A stretch of DNA of 64,000 nt from Myxococcales bacterium (GTDB taxonomy: Bacteria > Myxococcota_A > Polyangia > Nannocystales > Nannocystaceae), in NCBI GenBank assembly GCA_020633335.1, contig JACKDU010000002.1, positions 314,730 through 378,729 of the forward strand, given 5' to 3'. Below the pieces are notes generated by a model, which made no database searches, was not told the origin of the DNA, and saw only the letters and a program-made list of their open reading frames with translations. The position numbers and the translations under genes are program-made. Below are positions 1-15,016 of the stretch, piece by piece. Each line of letters begins with the position of its first letter. The first letter of the stretch is position 1.

Positions 1-1742
1 GGCGGGTAGACCTCGAGAGCGACGCTCGCGTCGACCTTGGCGAGCGAGCGGGCCTCGGCGAGCGCCGCCTCCAGCCCGCCGAGCTCGTCGACCAGGCCGC
101 GCTCGCGGGCGGCGGCGCCGGTCCACACCCGCCCCTGGGCGATCTCGTGGATCTGCTCGTAGGTCTTGCCGCGCCCCTCGGCGACCCGAGTGACGAAGAT
201 CTTGTAGGCCGCCTCCATCATCTCGAGCATCGACGCCCGCTCGTCGGCGGTCCACGGCGTCATCATCGACCAGAGCGCCGAGCGCTTGCCGCGGCCGATG
301 TGATAGGTGTTGATGCCGATCCGCCCGAGCGCCTTGTCGAGCGCCAGCTTGCCGCCGACGACGCCGATCGAGCCGGTGAGGGTCTCGGGGAGCGCGAAGA
401 TCTTGGTCGCGTTCGTCGAGATGTAGTAACCGCCCGAGGCCGCCACCCGGCCCATCGACACCACCACCGGCTTGCGGGCCTTGGCGGCGACGATCGCCTG
501 GGCGATCTGCTCCGACGCGATCGCCGAGCCGCCCCCCGAGTTCACCCGGAGGACGATCGCCGCGATCTTGTCGTCGTCGGCCATCCGCCGGATCGCGGTC
601 GCCAGGGTGTGGCCGGCGATCTGCCCGCGGGCGCCGAGGATCCCCTCGCCGTCGCCGTCGATGATGTTGCCGAGCGCGTAGACCAGGGCGACGTGGGGGA
701 CCTGCGGGGTCTTCGGCGGCATCAGCCCGAGGAAGACCTGGAGCTTGGAGAAGTCGAAGGCGCCCTCCCCCTCCTTGAGCTTGAGGGTCGTCCACTCCGA
801 GCCCGCGAGCGCGCCCGCGCGGAAGTCCTCGAAGACCGCGACCTCGTCGACGAGGCCGGCCTCCTTCGCCGCCTCCGCGTGGAAGAGCGCGCGATCGATC
901 GCCGCCACCGCGGCCCCCTCGTCGAGGCCGCGCCCCTCGGTGAGCCCCTTCTTCTGGGTCGCGTAGTACTGATCGACGATCGCCCCGAGGGTCTCCTCCA
1001 TCTCCTTCGAGGGCGCGGTCCGGGTCAGCGGCTCGGCGGCCCCCTTGAAGGCGCCGACGTGGATGAAGTCGGCGACGATCCCGAGGCGATCGAGGAGCCC
1101 CTTGATGTGCACCGGCGTCGCCGCGGCCCCCGAGATCGTGATCATCCCGTGGGGCGGGAGGCCGACGCGATCGCAGGCGCTGAGGAGGTGGTAGACCGGG
1201 TTGAAGGCCATGTCGGCGTGGCAGGCGACCTGCCGCGCGCCGCCGCCCTTGAAGGCGACGAGGCCGGCGCGGAGCTCCTCGGCGCTCGACCAGTCGAGCG
1301 CGAGCTCGTCGATCCGCAGGACGAGGCCCTTCACCTGGGGATCGGCGGCGGCCTTGGCGAGGCGCGCGAGGAAGGGCTCCAGCTCGAGCGTCGGCGTCGG
1401 CGGGCCGCCGAGCGAGAGCGAGACCTCGGTCATCTCCGCGACCTGCCCCTCGAGGCGCATGCTCAGCCAGTGGGGCTTGTCCTTGGCGAAGCCGGCGGAG
1501 GCCTTGAGCGCGTCGTAGGGGCCGGGCTCCTCGAGCTTCTGGGCCATCATCGCGCCCAGCGGGCCGAGGTTGCCGAGGCCCGCCATCCCCGGGATCGCCG
1601 GCGCGTCGTCCTTCTTCTCCCCCTCCTTCTCCTTGTCCTTGTCCGCGTCGGCGGATGCCTCCCCCTTGTCGGCCTTCGCGGGCGCGACCTGGCAAGCGGC
1701 GAGGAGAGTGGCGAGGGTGAGGAGAGCTGCGCGTGTCATCAT
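1..1742 (-). CDS. sppA: Signal peptide peptidase SppA (protease IV), C-terminus cut by the window edge; lipoprotein-type signal peptide (LLAAC)
   Basis: The minus-strand translation begins at the ATG at 1742 as MMTRAALLTLATLLAAC and contains the SppA/ClpP-clade serine motif VAASGGYYIS and the paired protease-IV domains. The listed + ORF 147..1781 is its antisense shadow. The frame has no stop inside the window, so it is absent from the ORF track. Confidence 0.8.
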   Translation of the reverse strand, partial: MMTRAALLTLATLLAACQVAPAKADKGEASADADKDKEKEGEKKDDAPAIPGMAGLGNLGPLGAMMAQKLEEPGPYDALKASAGFAKDKPHWLSMRLEGQVAEMTEVSLSLGGPPTPTLELEPFLARLAKAAADPQVKGLVLRIDELALDWSSAEELRAGLVAFKGGGARQVACHADMAFNPVYHLLSACDRVGLPPHGMITISGAAATPVHIKGLLDRLGIVADFIHVGAFKGAAEPLTRTAPSKEMEETLGAIVDQYYATQKKGLTEGRGLDEGAAVAAIDRALFHAEAAKEAGLVDEVAVFEDFRAGALAGSEWTTLKLKEGEGAFDFSKLQVFLGLMPPKTPQVPHVALVYALGNIIDGDGEGILGARGQIAGHTLATAIRRMADDDKIAAIVLRVNSGGGSAIASEQIAQAIVAAKARKPVVVSMGRVAASGGYYISTNATKIFALPETLTGSIGVVGGKLALDKALGRIGINTYHIGRGKRSALWSMMTPWTADERASMLEMMEAAYKIFVTRVAEGRGKTYEQIHEIAQGRVWTGAAARERGLVDELGGLEAALAEARSLAKVDASVALEVYP

Positions 1743-1889
1743 TTGCACCTGTGCGCCAGGGTAATCCCTGGTCCGGGATGATGCGACCCTGACGGGCCCC
1801 CTGCGGTTTCCGCATGCCGAGGACGCGCCTTCCCCGCCGCCCCTCCGCGCCGACGCGCGCCTGCGCGCGCGTGTATCCTCCGCCCACCC

Positions 1890-2960
1890 ATGCAGCCGCC
1901 CCGCCGTGAGCCGCTCGCGGTCGCCTCGCTCGCCGAGGTGAGCCCCGATCCCGACCAGTTGATCACCGTCTTCGCCGCGGTCCAGGCGATCCACGCCGGC
2001 CGCACCAAGGCCGGCCGCCCCTTCTACGACCTCAGCCTCGGCGACGCCTCGCGGACCCTGAGCGCGAAGATCTGGGACGACGCCGGCGAGGCGATGCAGA
2101 GCGCGGCGACCCTCGAGGTCGGCCAGGCGGTGAAGGTCCTCGCCCGCGCCGACACCTACCAGGGGGCGGTCCAGCTGGTGGTCCGCCGCCTCCGCCCGGC
2201 CGAGGACGATGAGCCCGGCTACGACCCCTCCCTCCTCTTCGGCGACGGCCACGCGATCGTCGGCGACCGCCTCTGCCGGACCCTCGTGATCGACATCGAG
2301 ACGGTCCCCGGGACACCCGTCGCCGAGCTCCCCGCCGGGGTCCACCACGCGATCGAGCGCTTCGCGGCCCGCGACGGCGGGGACGAGTCGCTGGTGATGA
2401 GCCTCTCGCCGATGCTCGGCCGGGTGATCTCGCTGGCCTTCGGCGACGGCGACGTCGATCCCCGCGAGCAGGAGGCGACCGTCCTCGTCGTCCCCCACCC
2501 CGATCACCCGATCACCGACCCGCCCGAATGGCTGCGCCCGGTCTCCGAGGCCGACCTCCTCCGCGCCTTCTGGACCCTCGCCGGCGCCGCCGACGTGGTC
2601 GTCACCTACAACGGCCGCGGCTTCGACATCCCCTTCCTGATCGGCCGCTCGCTGGTCCACGGGATCAGCGCCCGCGTCGATCTCATGGGCAGCCCCTACA
2701 GCCTCCGCCCCCACCTCGATCTCTACCGGGTGCTCACCGGGGGCGGCCGCGCCCTCGGCCCGACCGGCCTCGACGTCGTCTGCTGGGCCCTCGGGATCGA
2801 GTCGCCGAAGGGGGCGATGGACGGCTCCAAGGTCTCCGAGGCCTACGCCAGGGGCGAGGTGCGGGCGATCGCCGAGTACAACCGCGGCGACATCCGGGCG
2901 ACCACCGAGGTCTACCAGCGGATCCGCGATCGGATCCTCTCCTTCCGCGAGGGCTGGTAG
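1890..2960 (+). CDS. Predicted 3'-5' exonuclease: OB-fold N-terminus plus an RNase H-like PolB-type exonuclease domain (YprB/PF13482-like)
   Basis: The translation carries an Exo I-like motif LVIDIETVPG, an Exo II-like motif VVTYNGRGFDIPFL and a downstream YxxxD. The N-terminal ~120 residues have OB-fold character. Confidence 0.6.
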   Translation: MQPPRREPLAVASLAEVSPDPDQLITVFAAVQAIHAGRTKAGRPFYDLSLGDASRTLSAKIWDDAGEAMQSAATLEVGQAVKVLARADTYQGAVQLVVRRLRPAEDDEPGYDPSLLFGDGHAIVGDRLCRTLVIDIETVPGTPVAELPAGVHHAIERFAARDGGDESLVMSLSPMLGRVISLAFGDGDVDPREQEATVLVVPHPDHPITDPPEWLRPVSEADLLRAFWTLAGAADVVVTYNGRGFDIPFLIGRSLVHGISARVDLMGSPYSLRPHLDLYRVLTGGGRALGPTGLDVVCWALGIESPKGAMDGSKVSEAYARGEVRAIAEYNRGDIRATTEVYQRIRDRILSFREGW

Positions 2961-2969
2961 GCGCCGCTC

Positions 2970-2995
2970 ACGACATGTCCCTCAGGACATGTCGT
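2970..2995. terminator. Perfect 11-bp hairpin (aCGACATGTCC-ctca-GGACATGTCGt) between convergent genes
   Basis: Read directly from the sequence. It lies 10 nt after the TAG of the exonuclease gene. The core GACATGTC palindrome recurs at 59307..59340. Confidence 0.5.
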
Positions 2996-3007
2996 AAGGC
3001 ACGCGCC

Positions 3008-3066
3008 GGCGCCCCGAAAACGAAGAACGGGACCCCCTCGCGGAGGCCCCGTTCACGGGTCCCGAA
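3008..3066 (-). terminator. Rho-independent terminator candidate for the atp operon
   Basis: On the minus strand, after the atpC stop, the sequence reads CGGGACCC-gtgaacggggcctccgcgag-GGGGTCCCG followed by TTCTTCGTTTTCGG. Confidence 0.45.
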
Positions 3067-3078
3067 GCGGGCCCGAGC

Positions 3079-3498
3079 CTAGGAGGCGGCGGCCCGGATC
3101 TGGGCCTCGAGCCAGCGCTGCTCGTTGACCAGCTTGCGGTGCTCGATCGCATCGATCGGCCCGCTGTCCTTGCCGAGCTCGGCGTTGACCTCCTTGAGGC
3201 GGTCATGGACCTTGGTCAGCTCGATCTCGTCGACGGTGAGCGCCCGCTCGGTCAGGATCGACACGCGACCGTCGCGGGTGACCTCGAGGAAGCCAGCGCC
3301 GATCGCCAGCCGCTGCGAGGTGTCCTTCTCGCGGAAGCGGATCACGCCCGGGATCAGCGGGGTGATGAAGGGGACGTGATCCGGGAGGACGCCGAGCTCA
3401 CCGGCGATCCCCGGGACCTCGACCCCCGGGACCTCGAGGCCGCTGCGCTTGGCCCCCTGCGGGGTGAGGATGTCGAGGGTGATGGTGCTCTGAGCCAC
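3079..3498 (-). CDS. atpC: F1 ATP synthase epsilon subunit
   Basis: The 139-aa product MAQSTITLDILTPQG... matches the epsilon-subunit N-terminal beta-sandwich. It is the last gene of the atp cluster. Confidence 0.9.
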   Translation of the reverse strand: MAQSTITLDILTPQGAKRSGLEVPGVEVPGIAGELGVLPDHVPFITPLIPGVIRFREKDTSQRLAIGAGFLEVTRDGRVSILTERALTVDEIELTKVHDRLKEVNAELGKDSGPIDAIEHRKLVNEQRWLEAQIRAAAS

Positions 3499-3537
3499 GG
3501 GCTTGCTCCCTTCCTACGGGCGGGCCGAGGGCCCGGA

Positions 3538-5157
<1,620 letters not shown>

Positions 5158-6045
5158 CTAGCCCTTGAGGGCTTCGGCGCCGCCGATGATTTCCATGAGT
5201 TCGGTGGTGATGGCGGCCTGGCGCTCGCGGTTGAACTGCAGCGTCAGGTCGTTGATCATCTGGCTGGCGTTGTCGGTCGCCGAGTTCATCGCCGTCCGAC
5301 GGGCCGCGAGCTCGGCCGAGATCGAGTTGAGCAGCGCCTGCTGGAGCTGCGACTCGAGGGCGACCGGCAGGAGGTGGCTGAGGAGCGCCTCGCGGCCCGG
5401 CTCGAAGACCGGCTCGACCGGCGGCGCGTCGGGATCGACCTCGGCCGGCGCGAAGGGCAGGAGCTGCACGGTCTGCACCTCCTGGACCAGGGCGTTCTTG
5501 AAGAAGTTGTAGACCAGGTAGACGATGTCGGCCTGCGGGGCCGCGCCGTCCGGCGGCAGGAAGAGGCCGGTGGCCTCGGTCGCGACCGCCTTGACCGTGT
5601 CGATCAAGTTGTCGTGGTTCGGGACCTCGTGGAAGTACGAGGGCTTGACCCCGGCGTACGTGAGGCCCGAGTTCCCCTTCTTGCCGATCGCGATGACCGT
5701 GATCTCACGGCCCGCGGCCTTCTCGCGCTTGATCAGCGCGACCGTGGCCTTGATCGCGTTGGCGTTGAACGCCCCGCAGAGGCCGCGATCGGCGCTGACG
5801 ATCACCACCGCGACCTTGCGGATCTCGGCCCGCGCGGCCATCAGCGGATCGACCGCAGCGTCGTCGCTCGCCGCCGTCAGGGCCTCGACGACCTCGGCCA
5901 GGCGGGTCCCGTAGGGGCGCGCGGCGGTCACCGCCTGCTGGGCCTTGACCAGGCGCGCGGAGGCGATCCGCCCCATCGCCTGGGTGATCTTCCGCGTGTT
6001 CTTGATCGAGCCGATGCGGTTGCGGATCTCTTTGAGATTACCCAT
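5158..6045 (-). CDS. atpG: F1 ATP synthase gamma subunit
   Basis: Canonical gamma-subunit N-terminus MGNLKEIRNRIGSIKNTRKITQAM. Confidence 0.9.
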   Translation of the reverse strand: MGNLKEIRNRIGSIKNTRKITQAMGRIASARLVKAQQAVTAARPYGTRLAEVVEALTAASDDAAVDPLMAARAEIRKVAVVIVSADRGLCGAFNANAIKATVALIKREKAAGREITVIAIGKKGNSGLTYAGVKPSYFHEVPNHDNLIDTVKAVATEATGLFLPPDGAAPQADIVYLVYNFFKNALVQEVQTVQLLPFAPAEVDPDAPPVEPVFEPGREALLSHLLPVALESQLQQALLNSISAELAARRTAMNSATDNASQMINDLTLQFNRERQAAITTELMEIIGGAEALKG

Positions 6046-6084
6046 CGCGTCCCCTCCGGCGAGCCTTCGTCCGCGAGCCGGCGG

Positions 6085-7611
<1,527 letters not shown>

Positions 7612-7681
7612 GGGGAAGCTCGCTTGCGTGGGGCGCCCGGGGGCGCGAAATCGATCGGTGGGAAGTTGGCTGGCGGCGGCG

Positions 7682-8236
7682 CTAGGTGCCGCTGAGGGTG
7701 GTGCGGAGGGTTTCGAGTTGGGTCTGGACGCTGCCGTCGACGACCATCGAGCCGACCTGGCAGACGACGCCGCCGATCAGCGCGGGGTCGACCGAGCTCT
7801 CGAGGACGACGGTGCGACCGGTCGCCTGCTCGAGCGCGCGGGTGAGCTTGAGGGTCGCGTCCGGGGTCAGCGGCCGCGCCGAGCGGACGCTGGCGTGGAC
7901 CCGACCCGCGAGCTCATCGGCCATCTCGCCGTAGAAGCGGGCGATCTGCGCGACCCCGGAGATCCGGCCGCGCTCGAGCACGTAGGTGAGGAAGGAGAGC
8001 ACCGTCGCGTCGACGCCGAGGCGCCGGCAGACCGAGGTGAGGACCGCGCGGCGCTCGCTCAGCGGGTAGCGCTGGGAGTCGAGGACGCCGCCGAGGGTCG
8101 AGCCGCTGCCGTCCTCGACCTTGATGGCGTTGGTGAAGTCGCTGAGGCCGCGGCCGAAGGTCTCGCGCTGCATCGCCGTCTCGGCGAGGAGCATCAGCGC
8201 GCGGGCGTAGCGACGGGCGAGGCTACCGGGGATCAT
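7682..8236 (-). CDS. atpH: F1 ATP synthase delta (OSCP) subunit
   Basis: 184 aa with an OSCP-like N-terminus ([13 protein letters not shown]), positioned between atpF and atpA. Confidence 0.85.
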   Translation of the reverse strand: MIPGSLARRYARALMLLAETAMQRETFGRGLSDFTNAIKVEDGSGSTLGGVLDSQRYPLSERRAVLTSVCRRLGVDATVLSFLTYVLERGRISGVAQIARFYGEMADELAGRVHASVRSARPLTPDATLKLTRALEQATGRTVVLESSVDPALIGGVVCQVGSMVVDGSVQTQLETLRTTLSGT

Positions 8237-8877
8237 CGGGCGTCCTTGAGGGAGGTGGTGGAGAGGTCGGTGGCGTAGCCGTCGACCAGGCGGCGCTGAT
8301 CGGCGTCGTTGAAGCGGCTGATCAGGAGCTCGCGGGCGCGCTCGATCGCCGCGCCGACGATCTCGGCCTCGATCGCCTGACGGCGCGAGGCGGCCTCGCG
8401 CTCGGCGGCCGCGTTGGCGGCCTTGACGATCTTCGCGGCCTCGGCCTCGGCCTCCGCGAGGATCTGCTTGCGATCCTCCTCGGCCGACGCGCGGGCGGAC
8501 CCGAGGATCGACCGGGTCTCGCCCTCGAGCGCGTCGATCTTCGACTTGTACTCGGCGAGGACCGCGTCGGCCTTCGCCCGCGCCTCGGTCGCCTGCTCGA
8601 GCTCGCGCTTGATCGCGTCGTGGCGCTCCGCGTTGCTCTGCACCAGGTTGCGGAAGATCAGCTTGTTGAGCAGGAGGACGAGGACGACGAAGTTGATCAG
8701 GATCCAGACGAGCCCGATCCGCGGATCGCTGTCGCTCGGCCAGTTGAAGAGGGTGATCCCGTGGTGCTCTTCGCCGCCGTGGCCGCCCGAGGGGGAGGCG
8801 CAGGCGTCGCCCGCCAGGGTGAGGGTGATCAGCGCGGGACCGACGGTCCCGACGAGGAGGCGGAGCTTGTTGGTCAT
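8233..8877 (-). CDS. atpF: Fo ATP synthase subunit b
   Basis: Starts at the internal ATG (MTNKLRLLVG) of the longer listed ORF 8233..9423. It has a single N-terminal TM helix then a long charged coiled coil. Its ATG overlaps the stop of the upstream b' gene as ATGA. Confidence 0.8.
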   Translation of the reverse strand: MTNKLRLLVGTVGPALITLTLAGDACASPSGGHGGEEHHGITLFNWPSDSDPRIGLVWILINFVVLVLLLNKLIFRNLVQSNAERHDAIKRELEQATEARAKADAVLAEYKSKIDALEGETRSILGSARASAEEDRKQILAEAEAEAAKIVKAANAAAEREAASRRQAIEAEIVGAAIERARELLISRFNDADQRRLVDGYATDLSTTSLKDAR

Positions 8878-9341
8878 CAGATCGCCCTCCCGAGCAGCTT
8901 GCCGGCGACCTCGGCCGCCAGCCCCTCGATCTCCCCCTGGAGCGCCTCGCGGGCCTCCTGGGCCTCGCGGGCGGCGGTCTCGCGCGCGACCTCGAGCTCG
9001 CGGCCGGCGCTCGCCCGGGCGTCGGTGACGATCCGGCTGCGGGTCGCCTCGCTCTCCTTGCGGGCGTCGTTGCGGATCCCCTGGGCCTCGTCGCGGACGC
9101 GGGCGAGCTTCTTGTCGTACTCGTCGCCGAGCGACGAGGCGTTGCCGGTCAGGCGCTCGGCCTCGGCGACCGCGCCGGCGATCGCCTGCTCGCGGCGCTC
9201 GCGGGTCTCGAGCCACGGCTTGAAGAGGAGCGGATGGAGGATCAGCATCAAGAGCAGGAAGATGCCGAGCTGCAGGTACGCGGTGCCGTCGATGTCGACG
9301 ACGGGCGCGGCCGCGACGAGGATGGGTGCGAGGATCTGCAT
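8877..9341 (-). CDS. Fo ATP synthase subunit b' (second b-type subunit)
   Basis: 154 aa with an N-terminal TM helix (ILAPILVAAAPVV...LLLMLILHPLLF) followed by an E/R/A-rich coiled coil. It is translationally coupled to atpF. Confidence 0.7.
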   Translation of the reverse strand: MQILAPILVAAAPVVDIDGTAYLQLGIFLLLMLILHPLLFKPWLETRERREQAIAGAVAEAERLTGNASSLGDEYDKKLARVRDEAQGIRNDARKESEATRSRIVTDARASAGRELEVARETAAREAQEAREALQGEIEGLAAEVAGKLLGRAI

Positions 9342-9696
9342 GGTCCTTGGCTCTTGCTCTTGGCCGGGCCGACCCCTTCCTTGAGGTCAATCTCCGGGCT
9401 CTGCCCTTGCCGCATCCCGGCAAGGCGGCGCGCTACTACCACGGGGGTCCGTGGTCGTCAACGCCCGGCCCGAAGCCCGCGGCCGGCCGGCCCAGACGCC
9501 GCAGAGCCCCCTCTCCTGCCCTCCCCGGCGAAGCTTCCGCCGCGACCTCCGCGGGCGCGGGCGGAGCGACGATCGAGGAGGGCGACGACGCGGGAAGGCT
9601 CACGCGACGGCGATCCCTCCGGACACGACGAGACCCGCCGGATCGCCAGCAATGGCGACCGGGCGGGCCCTTGGAGCACGGCGGAGAGGGCCGCGC

Positions 9697-10077
9697 TCAC
9701 TCGCTCTCGGCGAGGGCGATCTTCGGCTTGTCAGCCTCACGCGCGCCGCCGGAGCTGTCCATTCGGCAATTGCCCTCGAAGATCGCGCCCTTCTGGATCA
9801 TCAGGGTCGGGCTCAGGAGGTTGCCGTAGACCCGGGCGGTCTCGTGGATCTCCAGCGAATTGGCGGCGACGATCTCGCCCCGGATCAGCCCCTCGATGAT
9901 GATGTTGGAGGCGTGGATCTTCGCCTTCACCTCGGCGGTCTCGCCGATCATCAGAGTGCCCTTGGTGTCGATCTCCCCGGAGAAGACGCCGTCGATCCGG
10001 ACCGCGCCCTCAAATGTGAGCTTCCCGTCGAAGCTGCTGCCCTTGCCCAGGATGGTTGTGATCTCGTTGGTCGCCAT
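9697..10077 (-). CDS. Bactofilin (DUF583 polymer-forming cytoskeletal protein)
   Basis: From the internal ATG the product is MATNEITTILGKGSSFDGKLTFEGAVRIDGVFSGEI..., with the bactofilin beta-helix repeat pattern. The upstream part of listed ORF 9697..10173 is non-coding. Confidence 0.8.
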   Translation of the reverse strand: MATNEITTILGKGSSFDGKLTFEGAVRIDGVFSGEIDTKGTLMIGETAEVKAKIHASNIIIEGLIRGEIVAANSLEIHETARVYGNLLSPTLMIQKGAIFEGNCRMDSSGGAREADKPKIALAESE

Positions 10078-10323
10078 CGTTGTCTCCTCCCGCGCGGGGC
10101 TCCCGCGCGGGTTCGCCCCGGTCCATGACCGCGCGCACCCTAGCGGGAACCAGTGCGCCTGGGTACTGTACATTTGTCCAAAGGGTGAGGCGCTCTTTCG
10201 CCCCTCACGAAAGCCGTTGGCGAAGTCGGCACGCCTGGCATAGGCTGCCGATCCGTGAGCTCAAAACCGGAAGACCCGCTGGCTCGCAGGATCGGTCGCG
10301 GCTCCTCGGACGACGAGGAGAGC

Positions 10324-11292
10324 ATGAACGACGAAATGCGCGACGCGCGCAGCGATGATCCACGCGCGGTCGATCTCCTGCAGGCCTTCAAGCGGGCCCA
10401 CGCGGTGCTCCAGGCGCTCGTCGGCAACACCCGCGACGGCGAGACCCTCATCGTCGCCACCGACGCGAGCGGCTTCCCGGTCGCCCAGCGGGTCATCCGC
10501 CGCCCCGACGGGCTCCCCCACGCGATCGTCGTCGGTCGCCACAACCGCTGCACCCTCAACATCCCCAACGACTCGCGGGTCAGCCTCCGGCACATCCTCC
10601 TGACCGCCTGGCCAGGTCAGGGCTCGCTCCGCTTCCGCGGCTACGACCTCGGCGGCCGCGCGGGGATCGTCCTCGCCGACGGCAAGCGGGTCCCCGGCTT
10701 CTCGGCGCTCGGCCACGTCGCCCTCTCCTTCGGCCGGACCGCGATGTTCGTCCTCCCCGGCGGCAAGGTCGGCCTCGATCTCCTCGCCGGCGACGCGCCG
10801 GAGGCCTTCGAGCGCCTCACAGGCCTCGACCCCCGCGGCGGCGGCGTCCGCCTCGCGCTCTCGGCGATGGCCGAGCCCAGCGTCGCCCAGATCGGCGGCT
10901 ACCGGCCGATCGACGTCGACCAGAAGCCGGCCTCCCGCGGCCTCCTCCGCCTGCGCTCGCTGCAGTCGCGGACCGGCAAGGGCGGCGACAACGTCCGTGA
11001 GCTCGACGTCGACTCCGAACAGCTCCAGCGCGGCCTCCTGATCGGCCGCTACAGCGATCGCTGCTCCCTCGCCGGCTCCGGCCGCAACCTCTCCCGCGTC
11101 CACGCGCTGGTCGCCGAGGAGGGGCCGACCTCGCTCCTGGTCTACGACCTCGCGAGCACCAACGGCGTCCGCCCGGGGCATGAGACCGACGGTCCGAGCC
11201 ATGCAGTCGTCCGCCTCCGCGAGGGCGAGCCGGTGATGCTCGGCCACTTCGAGCTGAGTTGGGCGCCGCCGGCCGGCGTCAAGGTCCACTGA
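10324..11292 (+). CDS. Tandem FHA-domain protein
   Basis: Two FHA-like segments: AIVVGRHNRCTLNIPNDSRVSLRHILL and LLIGRYSDRCSL...SRVHALVAEEG..LLVYDLASTNGVRP. The ATG at 10324 has GAGGAG upstream. The listed longer ORF starts at a GTG at 10255. Confidence 0.65.
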   Translation: MNDEMRDARSDDPRAVDLLQAFKRAHAVLQALVGNTRDGETLIVATDASGFPVAQRVIRRPDGLPHAIVVGRHNRCTLNIPNDSRVSLRHILLTAWPGQGSLRFRGYDLGGRAGIVLADGKRVPGFSALGHVALSFGRTAMFVLPGGKVGLDLLAGDAPEAFERLTGLDPRGGGVRLALSAMAEPSVAQIGGYRPIDVDQKPASRGLLRLRSLQSRTGKGGDNVRELDVDSEQLQRGLLIGRYSDRCSLAGSGRNLSRVHALVAEEGPTSLLVYDLASTNGVRPGHETDGPSHAVVRLREGEPVMLGHFELSWAPPAGVKVH

Positions 11293-11451
11293 TCGGCGGC
11301 GCCTCGTCGGCGACAGACGGGCGCTGAGCGCCGTTGCCCGGTCACCCGCGCGGCGCCGTAAAATTACCCCGACGATCGCCGCCCAAAAGCCGCCCAACTT
11401 GTGCTAGGAGACCCGCAGTCACCGGGCCATTCCCGGGCGAGTGGGAGTGAT

Positions 11452-12165
11452 ATGAGCGCACCGAAGAAAACCGCCAAGCGCGGCCTCGCGGGGCTGATGG
11501 ACTCGACGATCGGCGCCAAGATCCTGATGGCGCTCACCGGCTTCGTGCTGGTCGGCTTCGTCGTCCAGCACATGGTGATGAACCTCCAGCTCTACGCCGG
11601 CCCCGAGGCCCTCAACAGCTACGCCCACAACCTCAAGCACATGATGGGCGGCGGGTTTGTCTGGGGCGGCCGGGCCTTCCTCCTCGCCTGCATCGCCATC
11701 CACATCCAGATGGCGATGAAGCTGACCAACCGCAACCGCGACGCGCGGCCGCAGCGCTACGCCGCCGGCCAGCGGACCCAGGTGACCTCCTACGCCGCCC
11801 AGTTCATGGCGCTCACCGGCGTGGTCATCCTCCTCTTCGTCATCTACCACCTCCTCCACTTCACCGGCGGCGTCGTCCAGCCCGACAACTTCCACGTCCT
11901 CGACGCGGAGGGGCGCCACGACGTGTGGCGGATGGTCGTCACGTCCTTCAAGGACCCGGCGACCTCGATCGCGTACATCGTCGCCAACATCGCCCTCGCC
12001 TTCCACCTCAGCCACTCGGTGACCTCGATGTTCGCCACCCTGGGGCTCCAGAGCGGCCGCTACCGCCCGATCCTCGCCAAGGTGGGGCCGGCGATCGCGG
12101 CCTTCGTCCTCCTCGGCAACCTCTCGTTCCCGATCAGCGTCCTCGCCGGCCTGGTCCACATCTAA
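11452..12165 (+). CDS. sdhC: Succinate dehydrogenase cytochrome b558 membrane subunit (single-anchor, Bacillus type)
   Basis: Five-TM membrane protein immediately upstream of sdhA. The ATG at 11452 has GGGAG 5 nt upstream. Confidence 0.8.
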   Translation: MSAPKKTAKRGLAGLMDSTIGAKILMALTGFVLVGFVVQHMVMNLQLYAGPEALNSYAHNLKHMMGGGFVWGGRAFLLACIAIHIQMAMKLTNRNRDARPQRYAAGQRTQVTSYAAQFMALTGVVILLFVIYHLLHFTGGVVQPDNFHVLDAEGRHDVWRMVVTSFKDPATSIAYIVANIALAFHLSHSVTSMFATLGLQSGRYRPILAKVGPAIAAFVLLGNLSFPISVLAGLVHI

Positions 12166-12177
12166 GGAGCCATCGCC

Positions 12178-14096
<1,919 letters not shown>

Positions 14097-14097
<1 letters not shown>

Positions 14098-14861
14098 TGT
14101 CTGACGAGAAGATGAAGATCACGTTGCATGTGTGGCGCCAGAAGGGCCCGAGCGCCCCTGGCGAGCTCAAGACCTACAAGGTCGACAACGTCAACCCGCA
14201 CATGTCCTTCCTCGAGATGCTCGACGTCCTCAACGAGGAGCTCCTGCAGAAGAACGAGGATCCGATCGCCTTCGATCACGACTGCCGCGAGGGGATCTGC
14301 GGGATGTGCTCGATGGTCGTCAACGGCCGCCCCCACGGGCCCCGCAAGGCGACCACGACCTGCCAGCTCCACATGCGCTCGTTCAAGTCGGGCGACGAGA
14401 TCTACATCGAGCCCTGGCGGGCCAAGGCCTTCCCGATCATCAAGGACCTGATGGTCGACCGCTCGGCCTTCGATCGGATCATCGCCTCGGGCGGCTACGT
14501 CGCCGTCCACACCGGCGGTGCCCCCGACGCGAACGCCCTGCCGATCGGCAAGAAGGACGCCGACGAGGCCTTCGACTACGCCGCCTGCATCGGCTGCGGC
14601 GCCTGCGTGGCCGCCTGCCCCAACGCCTCGGCGATGCTCTTCGTCGGCGCCAAGGTGGCCCACCTCGGCAAGCTCCCGCAGGGCGAGGTCGAGCGGCGCA
14701 GCCGCGTCCTCAACATGGTCCACACCATGGACACCGAGGGCTTCGGCGCCTGCACCAACCACGGCGAGTGCTCGGCCTCCTGCCCCAAGGAGATCCCGCT
14801 CGAGGCGATCATGACGCTCAACCGCGACTACGCGCGGGCGAGCTTCAGCGGCGACGAGTAG
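14097..14861 (+). CDS. sdhB: Succinate dehydrogenase iron-sulfur subunit
   Basis: Start overlaps the sdhA stop as TGATG. Fe-S cysteine clusters [17 protein letters not shown] and [12 protein letters not shown] are present. Confidence 0.9.
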
Positions 14862-15016
14862 GCGGCCGCCAGGCCGTCACGAGGTCGCCAGCGAGGGGGC
14901 CGACGTCCGCGTCGGTCCCCTCGCTTGTCTCTCATGTCTCTCCAATCAACCCGCCAGAAACGCAAAGAGCCCCAGCCCGGTGGGCTGGAGCTCACGTGGT
15001 CGCGAAGCTCGCGACC

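Noticed and set aside
147-1781. 544-aa plus-strand ORF
   Set aside because: Antisense shadow of sppA. The minus-strand frame carries the protease-IV catalytic motif.
8233-9423. 396-aa minus ORF read as a single protein
   Set aside because: The N-terminal 180 aa are Arg-rich junk. The real atpF starts at the internal ATG at 8877, and the region above is the separate b' gene in another frame.
9424-9696. Possible atpI/atpB/atpE genes upstream of the atp cluster
   Set aside because: Only junk-composition ORFs with no membrane helices. The next real gene is bactofilin.
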